From: Amoebophrya sp. A120
Lineage: Eukaryota > Protista > Dinoflagellata
Reading direction: 5' to 3'
DNA: 64,000 nucleotides
Assembly: GCA_905178155.1 (NCBI GenBank)
Contig: CAJINV010000004.1
Coordinates: 5,492,734-5,556,733 of the forward strand
The position numbers and the translations under genes are program-made. Under the pieces are notes generated by a model. It saw only the letters and a program-made list of their open reading frames with translations. It was not told the origin of the DNA and searched no databases. The first letter of the stretch is position 1. Every line of letters begins with the position of its first letter. Positions 62,001-64,000 of the stretch are shown here, one piece after another.

Positions 62001-62351
62001 CGGTTGTGCTGCTCGAGAACCTCCTCCGCGTCAGGATCCACCAGTGCAGCCCCCGGGAGGTCTTGCTCCTCTTCCGCTGCTTGCTTCTTGATCTGCAAAC
62101 TGGGGCAATTGGGGTACTGCTGCAACTATGCATTGCAAACGCATCGCTCTCGTATAAATGCATTACAAATTCCCTCAGCATGAGAAACAAAGTTTGTCAT
62201 GCGGATTTACCTTAGGAAAAAAAATTGTAATGCATGACTGCAATTACTACGAGTACGATAATTTTGCACAGGATAGCAACAGAAATTCGCTGCGCTTGCG
62301 GTGGATCGCGGCGGTCAGGCGGCCACGCCGCGTCGGAGTTTTAGTCCACAT
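56016..62351 (-). CDS. GcvT-family aminomethyltransferase-like protein with a long N-terminal extension, probably mitochondrial; 11 coding exons
   Basis: After removing 10 introners: LRCTALCD, RTSAVLFDTS..IFRLSGRD, PGDVCYSCVLD, RVSMTGEDGF, LLRLEAG, TPVRASLAW, RLVGL, FSP...IALGYV and VVDLPFV. Arg-rich N-terminus MWTKTPTRRGRLTAAIHRKR; stop at 56018-56016. Confidence 0.82.
56145..56412. mobile_element. Introner family D
   Basis: GATCCTGAGCAAAAACGTCCCC...GGGGACGTTTTTGCTCAGCATA; TSD AATTT. Confidence 0.9.
57845..58120. mobile_element. Introner family A
   Basis: Family A TIR; TSD GTCGG. Confidence 0.9.
58198..58507. mobile_element. Introner family E
   Basis: TATTGTGAGGAAAAATCCCCCCTCCCC...GGGGAGGGAGGATTTTTCCTCTTAATA; TSD GGAGG. 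Confidence 0.9.
58899..59160. mobile_element. Introner family A
   Basis: Near-perfect family A TIR; TSD TGCCA. Confidence 0.92.
59243..59524. mobile_element. Introner family D
   Basis: Family D TIR; TSD GATGT. Confidence 0.9.
59656..59986. mobile_element. Introner family E
   Basis: Family E TIR; TSD GAAGC/AAAGC. Confidence 0.9.
60171..60421. mobile_element. Introner family A
   Basis: Family A TIR; TSD TACGA/TTCGA. Confidence 0.9.
61300..61619. mobile_element. Introner family E
   Basis: Family E TIR; TSD GGTTC. Confidence 0.9.
61677..61955. mobile_element. Introner family D
   Basis: Family D TIR; TSD GACTC. Confidence 0.9.
62127..62275. mobile_element. Introner family F
   Basis: TATGCATTGCAAA...TTTTGCACAGGATA; TSD GCAAC. 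Confidence 0.85.
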
Positions 62352-62368
62352 AGGTAAAAATGTTAACC

Positions 62369-62629
62369 TATCAAATGCAAAAATGTCTGGGTCTGGAAAA
62401 GTGTAGACTTGTCATGCAGATTTTCCATGACCCATGAGGTCTGGAATGCGGGCCATAGCATGACAGACTCTGCGAGGTCTCTGCCATGCCTATCCTGCAT
62501 GAGAAACTCCCTTCCAACTTGTTCAAAAGTGTGCCGCTTTTGGCACTCATGCAACACAGATTTTTGCATGCTTCAGATTTACCATGACAAGTTGCAATCT
62601 TCCAGACCCAGACATTTTTGGAATTCATA
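62369..62629. mobile_element. Introner family A, probably in the 5' UTR of the GcvT-like gene
   Basis: Family A TIR; TSD TAACC. Excision does not put the upstream ATG (62691) in frame, so it is placed in the UTR. Confidence 0.88.
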
Positions 62630-64000
62630 TAACCACTCCGAACTACAACCCCCTTCCCGGCGGCTTGCGCCAGGGGGTACGTAGCTAGCATTATTACATC
62701 AGAAAAGGAGAAGCTGGATCTTCCCTTGTAGTTTCACAATGAAAATAAACTGGGCTTTAAAAGAACGCGTGCCTTCCGTTTTTTGCGGAAAAACACTATT
62801 GATCGCTCGGTGCACGTCCACGGCCACCAATTCAACACACTCTTACGAAAAACAACCTACGTAGAGAAAACAAAGAAATTGAATAAACCCACTGGCTTGA
62901 CAGTCGGCGGATCTTGTTCATTTTTGGGATCTGTGACTGAGATGACCGAGAAAAAGGTTGCTTAGGGTCAGCTTCCAACCTGCCACTGTGAGAGCTGCGA
63001 GAGGTTTGTGGGGCTCTAAATTTGATCCTGTACCCTAGAAAGCGATCCACTCAACGTTGTGCGAGCGAGTAAGAGTGTGAAGTCGCCCTCTGTATTCGTG
63101 ATTTGGACGAACATCTCAAGAGGTGAACAAGGATCCTGGAGGTGCCTGGGCCGCCCTGCTGGGTGGGGGCGACTTGGAGCGCACCAGCGGGCTCTAATTC
63201 TAATGTTCCTGATGGCAGCATCGATGCGCTTTCGCTACTAGCGTCGTGTTGGTTGATTCATTTACCACGGTCTTTCAATGTCAGCGACGGGCTACGAGCC
63301 CTGTGTCGCGTTCATCGCGCATCCTGCACTCTAGCGGATGCTGCTGCCTCCTCACAGGAGTGATTGATATACAAAAATACTTCGATCTTTTCAGGACGCG
63401 ACTCTTCCAGTGGCAACTGGAAAAGGAAATAAATACTGAGCACTACGCCCCGACATCACTTCATTTTGAACGATCAATCTTCCCTGGTAGAACTTCTACC
63501 AAAAGACTAGTTTGCACGATTCCGATAAACCTTTAGCCTAAAAACAGCTATGCAAAAGTAGGACTTCTGGCCTCAAAAGGTAGAAAGTCGATATTTGTCG
63601 GCACGGAAAGACGACCTTGTTTGACCGCGCAAACGTACTTGTTTGACCGCGCGATATTTGTCGGCACGTCACTTACAACTCGAAAATGATGCACCGGGAT
63701 GTGTCTGTCATTAAATATTTAAAACAAACAGCTAAAACTCTTACACAGGGCTCATCTCGTCGGTGGAAGCAAAAGGTCACAGGATCTCTACCACGTATCC
63801 TGTGAAATTCGCGAAATCCCGATGGAGAAGCAAGCTCAAGATATCTTCTTCTACTGTTAATTACGACTAGAAAAAAGCGAGGAGCGTGACAAGCGAAGCA
63901 GCTCCCAACCGGCACAATTACGGGAACTGACTAGATTCCTATAACCTTGTAGTCTATCCAGACGGGTTCCCCGGTAGTGCTTTTAGGTGAAAAGAGCGAT

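Noticed and set aside
2925-62351. Treating the interrupted genes as transposon-disrupted pseudogenes
   Set aside because: Exons are free of stops and frameshifts, motifs are conserved, and every traced excision restores the frame.
62630-62691. ATG 62691 (MLATYPLAQ...) as the first exon of the GcvT-like gene
   Set aside because: Excising 62369-62629 plus the TSD creates an immediate in-frame TAA; ATG 62351 is preferred.
63588-63670. Short direct repeats (ATATTTGTCGGCACG x2, TGTTTGACCGCGC x2)
   Set aside because: Too short and near the window edge; no element boundaries can be defined.

Overview
Eukaryotic nuclear DNA, inferred to be from a parasitic dinoflagellate of the Amoebophrya/Syndiniales type: low-complexity-expanded proteins and mostly non-canonical introns bounded by inverted and direct repeats. 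About 38 short (120-330 bp; one ~0.9 kb with a nested insert) TIR elements ('introners') occur, nearly all with TA...TA ends and 5-bp target duplications. By hand, deleting each coding element plus one duplication copy restores the reading frame. This yields five spliced genes: an MFS transporter 3' part (<1-1183), a very large cytosolic carboxypeptidase/tubulin deglutamylase (2164-14118), a tandem CCCH zinc-finger protein (21334-28156), a putative secreted protein of unknown function (48322-53393) and a GcvT-like aminomethyltransferase (62351-56016, minus). Intronless genes are a bacterial-type GyrI-like protein and a small Cys-rich secreted protein. Other mobile or repeat DNA: a ~0.9-kb palindrome (19.9-20.8 kb), a Ty1/copia RT fragment bracketed by a 43-bp duplication, a TTAA-flanked Kolobok-like MITE nested in an introner, and an AT-rich island. 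Most notable is a ~15-kb, introner-free tyrosine-recombinase (DIRS-order) retroelement (~31.7-47.1 kb) with sense-strand GT-AG introns, repeated +1 frame offsets, many accessory ORFs and diverged inverted termini. All gene models are manual reconstructions with no transcript or database support.
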